This document shows, piece after piece, positions 11,456 to 24,400 of a DNA stretch of 64,000 bases. This DNA is from the human T2T-CHM13v2.0 reference genome, Homo sapiens. The notes beneath the pieces are model-generated. The model saw only the letters and a list, made by a program, of their open reading frames with translations. It was not told the DNA's origin and did not search any database. Position numbers and translations under genes: made by a program. Location: the NCBI RefSeq assembly GCF_009914755.1, contig NC_060926.1, one strand, 5' to 3'. How positions within the stretch are numbered: the first letter of the stretch is position 1; each line of letters opens with the position of its first letter.

Positions 11456-13660
11456 TAATATTGTCATTTAAGTTCTGAATTTTTCTAAAATTGTTCTCCT
11501 ACTTTTATTTCAATTCTTGTAGTTTAGCAATACTTAGCAATCAGCCTTGAAAAGCATGGAAAGAAACCCCACGTGTTTACTCAGCAAATATTCACTGTGA
11601 ATTTTTTTCTGTGCTCGTCACGTGCTGATTAATGAGGCCAGAAAGAAGAATACGTGGGTCATAGGACCCCAAAGACAGGGTTTCCTGAGGAAATCAATGT
11701 GCAAGTGAACAATTACAGCACAGACGAAATCTCAGTCTGTGACAACTCAGTCCTTAGGTTCCTTAAGAAATTGTGCACGTATTGAGCCAAAATGGCTCCC
11801 TACCTGCACCCAAGGCCCTGGAGGGAAGCACTGGGATGCCCGGCATGGAAGGCAACACCTGCCCGCAGAGAGCCTGGCACGTGGGTGTCTCCGTGGGTCC
11901 TCCCCCTGCCCACCAGAACCACCAGTGCCCTCGGCTGCCGCTGCCAGATGGGCCCTCTCACTGGCATCTTCCCAAGCACCTGCTCCCAGCAAAATAGGAG
12001 ACATGAGGGAAGGAAAGGGTGGCAGGGCGGGAGGCGGAACTCCAGAAAGTCGTCAGCATCGCGTTTCTCATTCCGCGTTTGTGGATGAAGTGTCCTGATT
12101 GCTTGCCCCTGAGGGCTTATGTTTTCAACATGCTACGTGCTTTCTGTTTGCTTTTTCTACCTTCCTTGAAAGCTGTTGAAAATATGTGATGAGGTCATAC
12201 ATATAGGACATAGTTTGGATGTGCATGTTTATAAGGTCAACAGTTTCAAATAGTCCAAATTTAATATTTGTATTTTTTATTTGTCATTGCATTAAGTTGA
12301 AGTGAAAAATTCATATAGATTCCTCTATGTTGATGATTTCAAATAAAACTATACAAACCATTTGTAGTAAAGTCACACCTAGTACTGAGATAAAACTTCT
12401 GTTTCATAAGGTTTTCCAAATGGAAGATTGTTTAGATTTCAATAATGCTAAATACATTTCACATCGATTGGCTACAACTTGCAAAACACCTTTTGGTTTT
12501 GGGAATGTTTTTCTAACATTTGACTCCATGTTCTACAGCAGTAAAATATAAAAGAAATAATTTCTCTGAAACACTTTCTTTATGACCATGAGAAGGAGTG
12601 TGAAGAAACTGGCTGTAACCACTGACACCAAAGGCTTGGGAGTGTTCTGTTAAAATGAAACACCTGATGTCAAAACATGATGAAGCCAAGATCATTATCA
12701 TGATACAAACAATGAGCGTGTATTAGAGTAACAGGCAAATAACCAAGGGGTTAGGGACATTTTCCACTGCGTGGAAGTAACTTCAGTGACATCACACAAA
12801 GGTTTTAAGAGCAAAGTGAAGACTTTAACTTGCTCCAGGTGAACAAAAGAAGCAGAACATGGTCTTCCCACAAACAAGGAAAATGAAAACCTGTTCCCCA
12901 CGTCTGAAATGCTGATCTGAGGAATAATAAACAGAAAAGCACAGGACTTCAGCTTACTCTGTTCCTGCCAAGTATCATAAACTAAATCAGCACTCAATTA
13001 TCCCTTCCAAAAAAACATAAAACATGTTTCCAAATTGGGAAGGTCAACTGTTATTCAAAAGGCCTTAAGGTTGTTGTCAGTTCTGAGTAAATTCAACTCC
13101 AAATTCAACCATTTGGAAAATTGTGAGCACTGAACTGGAAAAGCCATCCATGCGTTTGGGAATCTGTGCTCATCGTGCGTCCTAATCAATAAAGCTGTTC
13201 AAGGGCAGCGCAGGCCGAATCCACGGCCCCAGTGATACATCTCAGAACTTCAGAGATGAGCTTCTGCTCGGAGGACTGACAGATGGAGATTTCCATGGAA
13301 CCATTAAGTAACACTGATTTTGAACAGAACCTAACACCAGGGTGAGGTGCATGGCTATTGTCACCTAGACTTGGGATTGTTGCCAGAGAGGGACACGCAT
13401 TCTTCTCCAGGATGTTGACTGTCCTCATCTATAAGATAGAAGAAGAAACTTCACTCACCGTAGTGGGAAGGCCATGCTACCACTATTTTAGGAATTTCCC
13501 CACACTCCCGACTTGAGAAGATGACGTCACAGTTGAGGCGCTCTCTCCCCTGTGGGCCATGTGGCCTTTCTCTGTCCCAAGTGTCCCAGTGTTTGTAGTA
13601 CCAGTGAGACCATTAGGAGTCATAAAATTGGGTACAGTCTCACTGTGCTCCTCCTGCTGT

Positions 13661-14040
13661 TGTTATGGGATCTTTGGGGTATCGATTTTCTGGCTGGAAA
13701 CCTCTATGGCTGGTGGTGCCTTTGCCTGAGTTCTTGTCCTGTGTACAGAAGAATGAGGCACACAGACAAGTGGAAGGTGAGCAAAATGAAGAGGAGCTTT
13801 ACTGAGTGTTAGAACAGCTCAGAGGACACCCGCAGGGGGCAGCTCCTCTCTGCAGGAAGGTCATCTCATTGAGTGTTCAGCTCTCGGCAGAGAGAAGGCC
13901 CTGGAGAGGGTGGCTCCTCTCTGCAGCAGTTCCTCCTGTTGTCTCTCTGCAGCTGTCAGCAGAGAGGGTAGCTCTTCTCTGCAGCTGGTCGCCCTGCCAT
14001 CTGTCTGTCCTCTGCCCTGCTCTGGCTGAGTCTGGGGCTT
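13661..14040 (-). mobile_element. ERV1 LTR fragment (MER52/LTR27-like group)
   Basis: tgttatgggatctttggggt..ggaaacctctatggctggtggtgcctttgcctgagttcttgtcc..gaatgagg. Confidence 0.7.
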
Positions 14041-14049
14041 TGGAAGGAG

Positions 14050-16010
14050 ATGTGTGTTGGAGCCACTCTAACAGGTGTGAGGTGACATATCATCATGATT
14101 TGATTCACATTCCCCTGATGATTAGTGATACTGATGCTGACCACATTTTTATATACCCGTTGGCCAATTGTATGTCTTCTCTTGAGACATATCTAATAAA
14201 GTTTTTGTCTTGTTTTTTAATCAGAATACTTAGATTTTTGCTATTGTTTGAGTTCCTTATATATCCTGGATAATAGACCTTTGCCAGATGTAGAATTTGC
14301 ACATATTTTCTTCCATTCAGTCAGTCTTTCCTTCACTCTGTTGATTGTTTCTTTTGCTGTGCAAAAGCTTCATAGTTTTTGGAATATCATTTGTCTATTT
14401 CTGTTTTTGTTGATTATGCTTTTGAGGACTAATCCAAAAAGTCCTTGCTCAGTCCAAGGTCATGAGGTGTTCACCCTATGTTTTCTTCTAGTAGTTTCAT
14501 AGTTTGGGGGTCTCACATTCAAATATTTAATCTGGTAGTTTCATAGTTTGGGCGTCTCACATTCAAGTATTTAATCCATTTCGAGTTGATTTTAAGTGGT
14601 GACAGATAAGGGTCCAGTTTTATTCTTTTGCATGTGGCTATCCAGTTTCCTCAGCACCATTTATAAAGGTGGTCCTTTCCCCACTGTGTGTTCTTGGTGT
14701 CTTTGTCAAAAATTACTTGATTGTAGATGTGTGGATTTATTTCTGGGCTTTCTATTCTGTTTCTTTGGTCTGCATGTTTGTTTTTATACCAATACCATGC
14801 TGTTTTAGTTACTATAGCTTTGTGGTATATTTTGAAGTCAAGTGGTGTTGTCACAGGGTGATCTCCAAAACTGGGGCTCAGCCTAGGAAGCCAAGTGGGT
14901 TCTTGCTTTAGCACAGGAAAGAACTCAAGAGTGAAGTGGCAGAGAAAAGCAAGAGCAAATTTATTAAGGAAAAAAAGGAACAAAAGGAGCCACTCCACAG
15001 GCAGAGCAGGGCAAGACTATAGGAGGGTATTTCCAGGGTTGCTTCTAGCTGGCTGTCTTAGCGCGATTTCTTCATTATATGTTAGACAAGCGGTGAGTTA
15101 TTCATGAGTTTTCAGGGAAAGGGGTGGGGAGCTCCTGGAACTGGGGTTTCTCCCCCTTACAGGGTAACTTCCGGGCATTGCCATGGCATCTGTAAACTGC
15201 CATGGTGCTGGTGGGCATGGCTTTCATATGCTAATGCATTATAATTAGAGAAATAATAAGCACTGAGTAGGACCAAAGGTCATTTCTGTTGCCATCTTGG
15301 TTCTAGCTGGCTTTAGCTGGTTTCTCTACTGTCTCTGGTCTTATTAGTGGAGTCATGTGACCTGTTGTCTTGGTAAACAAGTCCAGCTGAATTCTTATTT
15401 CAGCGTGGGCTTTTGTTTCCCTCAAGATTGCTTTGGCTCTTAGGCTTTTTTTGGTTCCACAGGAATTTTAGAATTTTTTTTTTCTATCTCTGGGAAGAAT
15501 GACATTGGTATTTTGATAGGAATTGCACTGAGTCTGTAGATCACTTTGGGTCATATGGACTTTTTAACAATATTAATTTTTCCAATCCACAAATACAAGA
15601 TATCTTTTCATTTATTTGAGTCCTCTTCGATTTCTTTCATCGTTTTATAGTTTTCAGCACAGAGATCTTTCACTTCCTTGGTTAAATTGATGCCTAAGTA
15701 TCATTTTTTTTTTGTAGCTACTATAAATGCGCTTGATTTCTTTTTCAGATTAGCCACTATTCATGTATAGAAACTCAACAGATATTTGTGTGTTGACTTT
15801 GTGTTCTACAACCTCACTGAATGTGCTTATTAATTAGTTCTAACAACTTTTTGAAGGAGTCTTTAGGGTTTTCTATATGTAATACCAACTCCTCTGCAAG
15901 CAAGGACAATTTGAATTCTTCCTTTCCAATGTGGTTGCCTTTTATTTCTTTCTTTTGCCTAAGTGCTAGGCTAGGACTTCCACTACCGGTACAGAATAGA
16001 AGTGATGAAT
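14050..16010 (-). mobile_element. Old L1 (L1MA-like) ORF2 3' region, interrupted by an LTR
   Basis: Antisense L1 motifs (ttcactctgttgattgtttcttttgctgtgc; ataccaataccatgctgtttt); ORF 14651-14998(-) contains [30 protein letters not shown]. Confidence 0.9.
14850..15402 (-). mobile_element. ERV1 MER4-group solo LTR inserted in L1
   Basis: TG...CA termini; ttgccatggcatctgtaaactg, tatgctaatgcattataattag and gccatcttgg motifs; near-TSD GTGT/GCGT; L1 resumes afterwards. Confidence 0.75.
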
Positions 16011-16889
16011 ATACTCTGTGCAGGCGTGAGAGTGCTTTTGATTTTTTTAGGAAACATTTGTTAAGTACTTAATGGAAATGGCACATTATTTCTGCAAATT
16101 ACTCTGAACAGGTTTCATGGAAAGTAATCTGCATATAAATAGAGAGAAGCTGAGTATTACCTGGGACTTGAGTGGAAGATCAAGGGCACAGCAGCCCCAG
16201 CTATGTGCGGTTTCACTTTCTGTGGTCCCAGGTGCCTGTGGTCAACTGCAGTCTGAAAATATTAAATAAAAATTTCCTGAAATAAACAGTTCATAAGAGT
16301 GAAGTTGTGCCCTGAGAAGCATGGCAAATCCTCACACCGACGCCTTTGTGCCTCTCAGGATGTAAGTTGCCCTCTCAGTTCATAAGAGTGAAGTTGTGCC
16401 CTGTTCTGAGAAGCATGGCGAATCCTCACGCCTTCTCTGTCCCATGAATTCACTGTGTGCACCACACATCCTGACACTTAGTAGCTGTCTGGGTTATAAA
16501 TTGACTGTCCAGGTAGCACAGTGCTTCTGTTCAAGTCTTGCTTAATTTATTCAGTATTGGCCCCAAACACAAGACTAGGGCAAAGAGAAGCCATAAAGTG
16601 CTTCCTTAAGTGAAAAAGTGAAAGTACTCACTTTAATAAGGAAAGGAAAAAAATGTATGATGAAATTGCTAAGATTTCCAGTGTGGTAAGAATGAAACTT
16701 CTAGGGGCAGAAAAACTAGTTACAGAATGGTAACCAAGTGTGAAACAGGAAGGTAATAGGTCTTCCTTGCAGAAATAAGACTATGCCTGGAGGGGGAATA
16801 GGTTCAGTTAGCAAATCAAGCAATATAAAGGATGTTCCCACAAGGCTGTCAGTCCAGAAAGTATTTTAAGTTAATTCGAAAATGAAACC

Positions 16890-17230
16890 CAGCTGCGCAT
16901 GGTGGCTCACGCCTGTAATCCCAGCACTTTGGGAGGCTGAGGCAGGCGGATCACCTGAGGTCTGGAATTTGAGACCAGCCTGGCCAACATGATGAAACCC
17001 TATCTCTACTAAAAATACAAAAAAATCAGCCTGGCGTGGTAGTGGGCGCCTGTAATCACAGCTAATCAGAAGGCTGAGGCAGGAGAATTGTTTCAACCAG
17101 CGAGGTAGAGCTTGCAGTGAGCCGAGATCGCGCCACTGCACTCCAGCCTAGGCGACAAGAGTGAGACTCTATCTCAAAATAAATAAATAAAATAAAAAAT
17201 AAAAATAAAAATAAAAATAAAAATAAAAAA
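16890..17230 (+). mobile_element. AluS with (AAAAAT)n tail
   Basis: Dimeric Alu sequence. Confidence 0.95.
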
Positions 17231-18007
17231 GAAATCATGCTAGTTTTGCTATCACATTTCAAACTGCAAACGTTACGGCTGCAGTGAGTGATAAGTGCCT
17301 ATTTAAGACGGAAAAGACGCTGAACTTGTAGGTAGAAGACATGAGCGGAAAGGTGTTCCCACCGAGGGCACGTCAGCGCAGAAAGCACAATCCCATGGGA
17401 AGACTTCAGCAGTCAGTCCCCCAAAGTGAGTGACACTGAGCCATTCATGGCAAGTGAGGCATAGCTACACTGATTTAGGAGTGGGCTTGTCACGAAACCA
17501 AAAACCAAAAACCAAAAAACTGGAGAGGCTGTGTTTGCCAGTGAAGAAGCTGCTGCCATATTTCCGGCAGAGTTGAAGTTGATTAAAGGGAAAGGATGCC
17601 ATCCAAAGCAAGTCTTCAATTGCAGTGAGACCAGGCTCCTCTGGAAGAAGATACCCAACAGAACCTACGTTCTTGAAAGGGCAAAGAAGGCCCCAGGGCA
17701 TAAAACACTGAAGGGCTGATTTACCCTGTGCCGTGTGCAATGCTGTAGGACGTGTGGCCAAGCCAGGTGTGCTGCACACACAGAGGAACACTTATGCTCA
17801 AAAAACAAACGTTACCTGCTTGTGTTCAGGCAACATAACCAGAAAGCATGAGTGGTAACCACCATGTTTATGGAAGGGCTCCACCAGTACTTCCTCCCAA
17901 AGCCTTGGAAGGGGGAAGGTTGGAATATAAAGTCTCATTAGTAACAGACAATGTACCTGGCCATTCTGAATATGTTGACTATAAAAATGACAAGGCCAAG
18001 GTTGTAT

Positions 18008-18298
18008 TATTATTAAGACCGGGTCTCACTCTGTCGCCCAAGCTGGAGCGCAGTGGCATGATCTCGGCTCAATGCAACCTCCGCCTCCAGGGTTCAAGGG
18101 ATTCTCCAGCCTCAGCATCCCTAGTAGCTGGGACCACAGGTGCATGCCACCATGCCTGGCTAATTTTTGTATTTTTTTGTAGAGACGCGGTTTTACCATG
18201 TTGCCCAGGCTGGTCTCAAACACCTGAGCTCAAAGCAATCTACCTGCCTTGGCCTCCCGAATTGCTGGGATTACAGGTGTGAAGCACTGTGCCCGGCC
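18008..18298 (-). mobile_element. AluJ with TSD
   Basis: Reverse-complement Alu; TSD CAAGGTTGTATT at 17997-18008 and 18300-18311. Confidence 0.92.
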
Positions 18299-18398
18299 TC
18301 AAGGTTGTATTTTTACCTTGAAATACAACCTCATTGCTCCTGCCTTTTGACCAGGGCATCTTCCAGTTTGTCTAGGCCACATACATCAGTTTGGTCAG

Positions 18399-18510
18399 CA
18401 ATTGATGCATACATATATATGCATATATATATATATATATATATATATGCATGCAATTGATACATATATATATGCATGCAATTGATACATATATATACAC
18501 ACATACATAG
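18399..18510. repeat. AT-rich quasi-palindromic repeat (CAATTG/ATGCAT/(TA)n)
   Basis: Three CAATTGAT-initiated units separated by TA runs. Confidence 0.9.
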
Positions 18511-19566
18511 TTCAGTACTATCCACGGTATCAGGCAGCCACTGGGGGTCTTGGAACATACCCATGAGGATGAGGGGTTACTGGAGTTTTTTGTACTACAT
18601 TTAGAAAGTTTCTGTAAATTCAGAATTATTTCAAAGTTAAAAGTTAATAAAGAGACACTAACTGCAACTGGTTTTAGACACATCTCAGAATCAAAGCTAT
18701 ACTCATCACAAAAACCAGAAAGTTGAATTTTGGTAACCTCATGGGGGACATTCCCTCGCAGAGTTTCAGGATAGTCAGGGTTTTACTTTTTATTGTTATT
18801 GTTATTGCAGTAGAACCCTAGTATTTAAAATAAGCAAAATAACCCTTACGTGCAGTCCTGACACAGATGCATAAAAGCAGATAGGCAGTTAAAACTTGAA
18901 TTAATTAGCCTTTCAAAAGCAGCCCCAGAGCGCCTACGACGTCCTGGAATCACAAAATTTTATTATAGAAAGGATTCCAGAGATTGTTAGCCAAAACTAC
19001 ATTATTTTACAAATGAATTAACAATTACCTTTGGTCTGAAAAACAAAAATATATGTGTCTATTCATTTAACGATAAAATTTTAACAAAAACTTGTCTCTC
19101 AAAGTCAACATTTATGCATGCAACACGCTGTTTTTCCTTCTTCAGGCCCTGGAATAGAATGTCCCTTTGCAAAGTAATGAGACAATATCTTTGTGCTATT
19201 TGTAGACATTTAATTTCTCAGAGATTATATGCACGCTCTTTTAAAAATGCAATTTAAAGGCAAACAATAATCTCTTGTACTTTTTCTTATTCTAGGTTTT
19301 GCTACAAATAAAAAGTAATACAATATTTTTTACCAATTCACCCAAGAAGCATATTTTGTAACAGCCACTGTGCCACGTATAAAAAGACCTGGTTTTTGCT
19401 ATTCAAGAGCTTGTCCTCTGGTTAAACTGAGTGCTAAGAAGTGCTGGCAGACTGCCGTGAAGGTGAAACAGGAATACAGAGAATAGAGAAATGGGGAAGG
19501 GCGTCTGTGTTCGAAACCCAGGTCTGCTCAGGGGTCAAGCAAGTCGGAGTCAGAAAAAGTAAAGTG

Positions 19567-20210
19567 TTTAACATCGAGTTTTCAATATTTATTTGTTTAC
19601 AATGCGTCACATTCTGCTCCTAGATAGGGTTAACCTCTGAAGACCTCAGATTTCGCTGCTTTTCCTTGCCGTGGAGAGGGAATAAAACGGGCATCGTGGC
19701 CTCCGCGATGGGCGCTCGTGCCTGGGTCGAAGGACTGGGGGGCGGAGGATTTGGAAAGGGAGAAAAATACGGGCTGGCTTCTTTTTAAAAAATGTGGGTA
19801 GCCTTGCCTGCCCCCGCCGCACTGGAATTTATCCTAAACTTACTTTCATTTACATTAAAACAAGACGATTTGAGTCTACCAAACCCAATACTGCATCTGT
19901 GAGGCTCCTTTTGGCACAAACCTGAATGAACAGCGGGAAACGCCGTCTCCCCTGGCGTCTGAGATCTGGGGTCCCCTCCCCACCTGGTCTCCTCGCTCCC
20001 GCCCCAGCCCCGTGCGCCCCAGGAGGGCACCGCCGAGCGCCGGGTCCCCGCAGGGTTCGGGAGACTCCGCGGACCGGAGGAGGGATAGGACCCCCGAGCT
20101 TTGGGGGCGGGAAGGGAGGGTGGAAGGAGGAGGGGAGCGGGGTTGGGGAAAGTTGGAGCTTCGGTATCTTTTCTCCGGGCCAGGCCGTCCTCGGGGCCCT
20201 GCGCTGCGTC
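19567..20210 (-). ncRNA. Probable short divergent antisense lncRNA (SNTG2-AS1); boundaries approximate
   Basis: Recalled annotation of a divergent transcript just upstream of SNTG2. A minus-strand AATAAA (plus TTTATT 19588-19593) lies just outside the CpG island. Confidence 0.45.
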
Positions 20211-21480
20211 TCCAAGTGCTGGGAAGACTCCGCGGGGAAAGGTCTGAGGACGCGGCCGGCTGGCACAGGTGTGGCGGCTTCAGAGGGCCGGGGAGAACCC
20301 ATGGCTTCGAGGCTGTGGACTAGAAATGTCCCTGATTAGAAGCTGAGAACCTTTGGCCAGGGAGGTGGGGCGGCGGGGAGGGGTCGTCAAGCCGGTCCAG
20401 AGCGCGCCCACCTGCGCCACAAGGGAGAAGAGGTGCCCCCCGCCCCCCTCCGCCCACCGCCGCCACGATGCGCCGCGGACCTCGGCGACCCAGCCCGGGT
20501 AGAAGCGCGCGCTCCCCTCCTCCAGCCTCGTGCGCCGGCCCCTGCCCCGCCAGCCCCGCTATGGTCCCCCATCCACCCCCGCGGGAGCGCCCCTGTCCCC
20601 CCATCCTGCACTTCCCCCAGAGTCGCGCGCCAGTTTCCCGCCCCGTGGAAGCGCCCCTCTCCCGACTTCGGCTGATCCCCGCTCGCCGCCCTCCCCGCGG
20701 GTGCGCGCCCGGCCCCTCCCTCGCCCGGGGCGGGTCTGCGTGGGCGGTGCTCCGGGTCGGCGGGCGGAGCTCCGGTTCCCCAGCCCTGCGCCCCGGTGGA
20801 GCCCGAGCCGGAGCCGGCAGAGGGGCGCGGGCGCGGACGCGGCGCCTGGCGGGGCCCTGGGAGGCTCGGACGGGGTCCTGGCGTTGAGCTCGGCCGGCCC
20901 GGAGCGCGGACCCAGCCGCAGGGGCGGCGATGGGCACCGAGGGACCCCCGCCCCCGGCCGCCTCCCGCGGACGCCAGGGCTGCCTGCTGGTACCTGCGCG
21001 GGTGAGTGCGGCCCCTCAGCGCCCCTTCACCTCCGGCCCCCCTTCCCTCTCCTTCGCGCCCTTCTCCCCCCGCCCCTCCTCCCTCCACGCCCCCTCGCTC
21101 CCCGCGACCCCTTCCCTGTCTCCGGGGACGGCTGGCCGGAGGGTGGGCGCCGGAGCCCCGGGACGCAGTGGGCACCCGCCCCCTGGCCGCTCTGCTCCCT
21201 CCAGCCCAGTGTCTTACTGGAAACTTGCAGGCTTTGCTCCTCCAGCGTCTTCCAAGGTTTGGTTTTGAGGCGCCCGGGCTTCCCTTTACTGCGTGGGAAG
21301 TAGTGCTTTCCAGAATTTGGGATTTGAGATTGGCCCGGCATTGCTTCCCAGGAGCGGCTCTTTCGGGCCCAGGCGGTGGCTCGGACCGGAGCGTCCCCCC
21401 TGCAGCCTTCGGGCGCCCAGGCCAGGTCTGAGTTGGCCAGTTTGAGCCCAGCCAGGTGCATGGCGCGGCCTCGGCAGGTG
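19930..21480. promoter_or_regulatory. CpG island / TATA-less GC-box promoter and 5' UTR of SNTG2
   Basis: Very high GC and CpG density, multiple GGGCGG/CCGCCC boxes, surrounds the first coding exon. Confidence 0.92.
20930..21001 (+). CDS. SNTG2: SNTG2 (gamma-2 syntrophin) first coding exon, 72 nt, phase-0 donor
   Basis: ATG in strong Kozak context (ggcggcgATGG). Translates MGTEGPPPPAASRGRQGCLLVPAR, the recalled N-terminus of human gamma-2 syntrophin. Followed directly by a canonical donor CGG|GTGAGT at 21002, inside a CpG island. The next exon (recalled TKTTIALLYD...) is not in this window. Confidence 0.95.
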
Positions 21481-24400
21481 CTGGGGGCTCTAGGCCATTC
21501 GGGGAACCGCTGGGACGCCAACTGGGTAATACGGATTTCTTTTTTGAAGTCTATTCTGGTTCCCACCCTAAATAACTCCCTCTTCACCTTCTTATTTTTA
21601 AATAACTAAACTATTGATTGACAGAAAACAGAAATGTTGGCCCAAAGAAAAACGAAAAGTTCTTGGAAACCTTCAAGTTGCCACCCACAGCACAGCCTCG
21701 AGTTGTGAAAACAGTTTAAGGGAGCACGTGGCCACCCCAGCCCTAGGAGGCTGCCGAGAAGCGCGGCTGTTAATGAAAATGCATTGACAACCACTCCTTT
21801 AGGATTCCTTCCCCAGGAGCTCCCAGTCCCAGGAGCGACCAGGAATACAGTTAGCCCTCCCTTATAGGACAGTGGAGAGACGGTTCAGAAGGCCACGGGT
21901 TGAGGGCTGCTACAAATTCCTATCGTCATAATAATGATTCTAAACTAGGACTGTGGTCGTCGCTACTGTGATGTTAAAAAGATTTCTATGTAGAGACAGG
22001 TGCATCTTCATTCAAGTAGCACCTTTCTGGGCTTTTACTACAAAATATGAAAATTAAATTTCATGTAAAATGTGGGTGTTCGTTTCTTGAAGTACTTTGT
22101 AATATGAATAGCTATCCCACTGTTGCCCATGGTAATCAAACCCGAGAAAATATGCGGGGATTACCTGGAAATAAACCGCAGTAAAAACTGCAGGCGCTGT
22201 GGAATCACAGGCTTTCCGTCTGGTCACTGCCTTCAGCTTTATAATGATGCCCTCCCACGGTTAGGGATTGTGCATTTTTCTCCAGACATTCGAGCAAAGC
22301 AATTCTTGCTTTTAATCATTGTAATTATAGCGGAAGCGTTGAAGTGGATTCATCATACTTCATGATTGACCCACTTGATGAGTTATTGGCAATAACGTCA
22401 ACAAATAAAGCAACTGCGCGTATTCTAGTAAATGCTCTCCTTTGCGCTCAGTATTAATTAAGGTGCTAAATTTGATGTTTTCCAGTCAAGAGTGGCCTCT
22501 GCTCACCTGTTTGCTACAAGATGTGATTGGCGCTTTCTTTCTAATAAGGACCTTGATTATTTGAAACAGCCTGTCTGAATTGTATTGAAAGAAACTTTTT
22601 TTTTAGCGTTGGAGGCCAAGTATTACAATAAGATGGAGCATTTTAAGAGCAAGACTCCTAACTTTGCAGTCATAAGTAATTAGGTATGTGCTAAGCCTAC
22701 CTTAGACACCAGTGCATGGTCATGTTAGCTCAGATTCTTATGTATTTAAAACGAATCTGTTAAGTATTGGTGTTGGCAGGTTTGTCTTGAAAACATGAAT
22801 GTTCTTAGTATACAATGTCATCCTTACTTAATGGCAGAATTATTTTCTTACCATAACTGCACAATATTATTCAACTTGTGTAATTATTTAATCATTTCAG
22901 TTAAGAGAACTTGGTGCTTTTAACTAGAAAAAGATGAAAGTCTTTTCTAAATCTTATATTTCTAGTTATATTTTTTCTATCTGAAGTCAAAACTATACAC
23001 ATTCTTTATCATGACTGCTTGTTTGAATCATGGAATTTGGCCACGTTTGAAGGTCTCCTGTTCGGTAACAGACCTGTTTTGTTTCCCCTTTCAAGTGCCT
23101 GTTCCCGATGTTTTTTTCTAAGTTAAGTGAGTTCATGGAGCTCTGTCTCTGACCATACCTGGATTTGAGGGGTAAAATCCCACTGGCAGACAACCTCAGT
23201 ACAATGTGCGAAGTGTGTCTTGCTTGTAGCTTCAAAGACTACTATTGGTTGATGTTTACAGCACATTTGCTGCTTTTAAATGACAACACTTCTTCAGTCT
23301 GGGGCGCTGGAAGAATTATTGGCATGAGCCGGGAACATGCCCATTTATGTGATGAGCTTGCCCACTGAAGGGGGAAAGCACGTTAGGTCATTTTAAAGGT
23401 GCATGTGGGGTAAGGGCACCACCTAATCATCTGTTTACAGATGTGAATTGCTGCATGAGATGAATGAAGCATCTGAGCTCCTAAGAAGGTTCCCCATTCC
23501 TTCTATGCTTTGGTTATGTTTCTCATCCTTGCTGACTCATCTTTAATTTCAACTGTAGAATTTCTATTGACGTCTATGACATCATAAGCAAAATCCATGC
23601 ATTACAAAGCAGGCAGTTACCTGACTTTACCAGGAGACATGGAGACATGTTCCCCAGTAAATATTTGAATGAGGTCCAATTAAGAAAAGTGTGCCTTGTT
23701 TTTGTTTTTGTTTTTTTCCAACATGGGATGTTAAAATTGCCTTGTTTTCTGAATGGTGTATGTGGAGCAACAGCTTCTTGTCTCTGGATATCTTTATGGA
23801 TGATGACTGTAGACAAGGCATTTAAGCTTCAGTTTTAATTTAGATCTGCTTCTCAAGATACCCCATGAGGCTCTGAGTGAGTTGGCAGAGGGGCTGGCAT
23901 TGCAGTTCTCGGTGACAGAGGGTGTGTTTGCATCGCAGGCCTCCTATTTACTAAATGGGTATATTCAGGATAGACTTACTAAGCAGTGTGATTTTCTGGC
24001 TTTCCTGTTAGCTCATGTAGCATGTGACAGCAGGCACACGAGGGACCCCAAAGAGGAGCTGCTCTCAGGCTCTGCTGCGCACCCCTAGCTCCTGCGCTGC
24101 TGGGCATGGGGCGGACACAGGCAGGTGCTCGTGGAAATGGAGAAGGAAGGAGGGAGATCAGGGTTCCAGGGAACTCAGAGAACCCCGGCTTCGGGAACCA
24201 CCATCCTCTCTGGCTCTGGCTTCTCACCTGTGGAATGTGTGCTTGGGTTCCGAAGGTCACTTTGTATCTGATTCCAAATCCCTCAGAAACTCACTCTTTA
24301 ATTAGTTCTAGAGGTATTTTTGTTGAGTGAGACACAACAAGGAAGGTGGAAAACATGCTTTTGGAGGAAAAATGCACTCAGGATTTAATGGAAAATGGAC

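Larger units (their letters stand above)
16187..18582 (+). mobile_element. Tigger7/MER44-family TcMar DNA transposon, internally deleted, with decayed transposase and two nested Alus
   Basis: 5' end ggtcaactgcagtctgaaaatattaaataaaatttcctgaaataaac; 3' end tactatccacggtatcaggcagccactgggggtcttggaacata..gaggggttactg; ORF 17531-17719 QVFNCSETRLLWKKIPNRTY matches the Tigger/pogo DDE N-D-E-T motif region. Confidence 0.88.

Noticed and set aside
12140-13450. Possible processed pseudogene or DNA-transposon remnant in a repeat-poor stretch
   Set aside because: No recognisable protein similarity in any frame; no poly(A) or TSD
17531-17960. Domesticated TIGD-like transposase gene
   Set aside because: Fragmented by stops, frameshifts and Alu insertions; catalytic Asp motif altered (NCSET)
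19850-21587. Many overlapping GC-rich ORFs, including the 112-aa read-through from the SNTG2 ATG
   Set aside because: Stop-codon scarcity in a CpG island; the true exon ends at the 21002 donor
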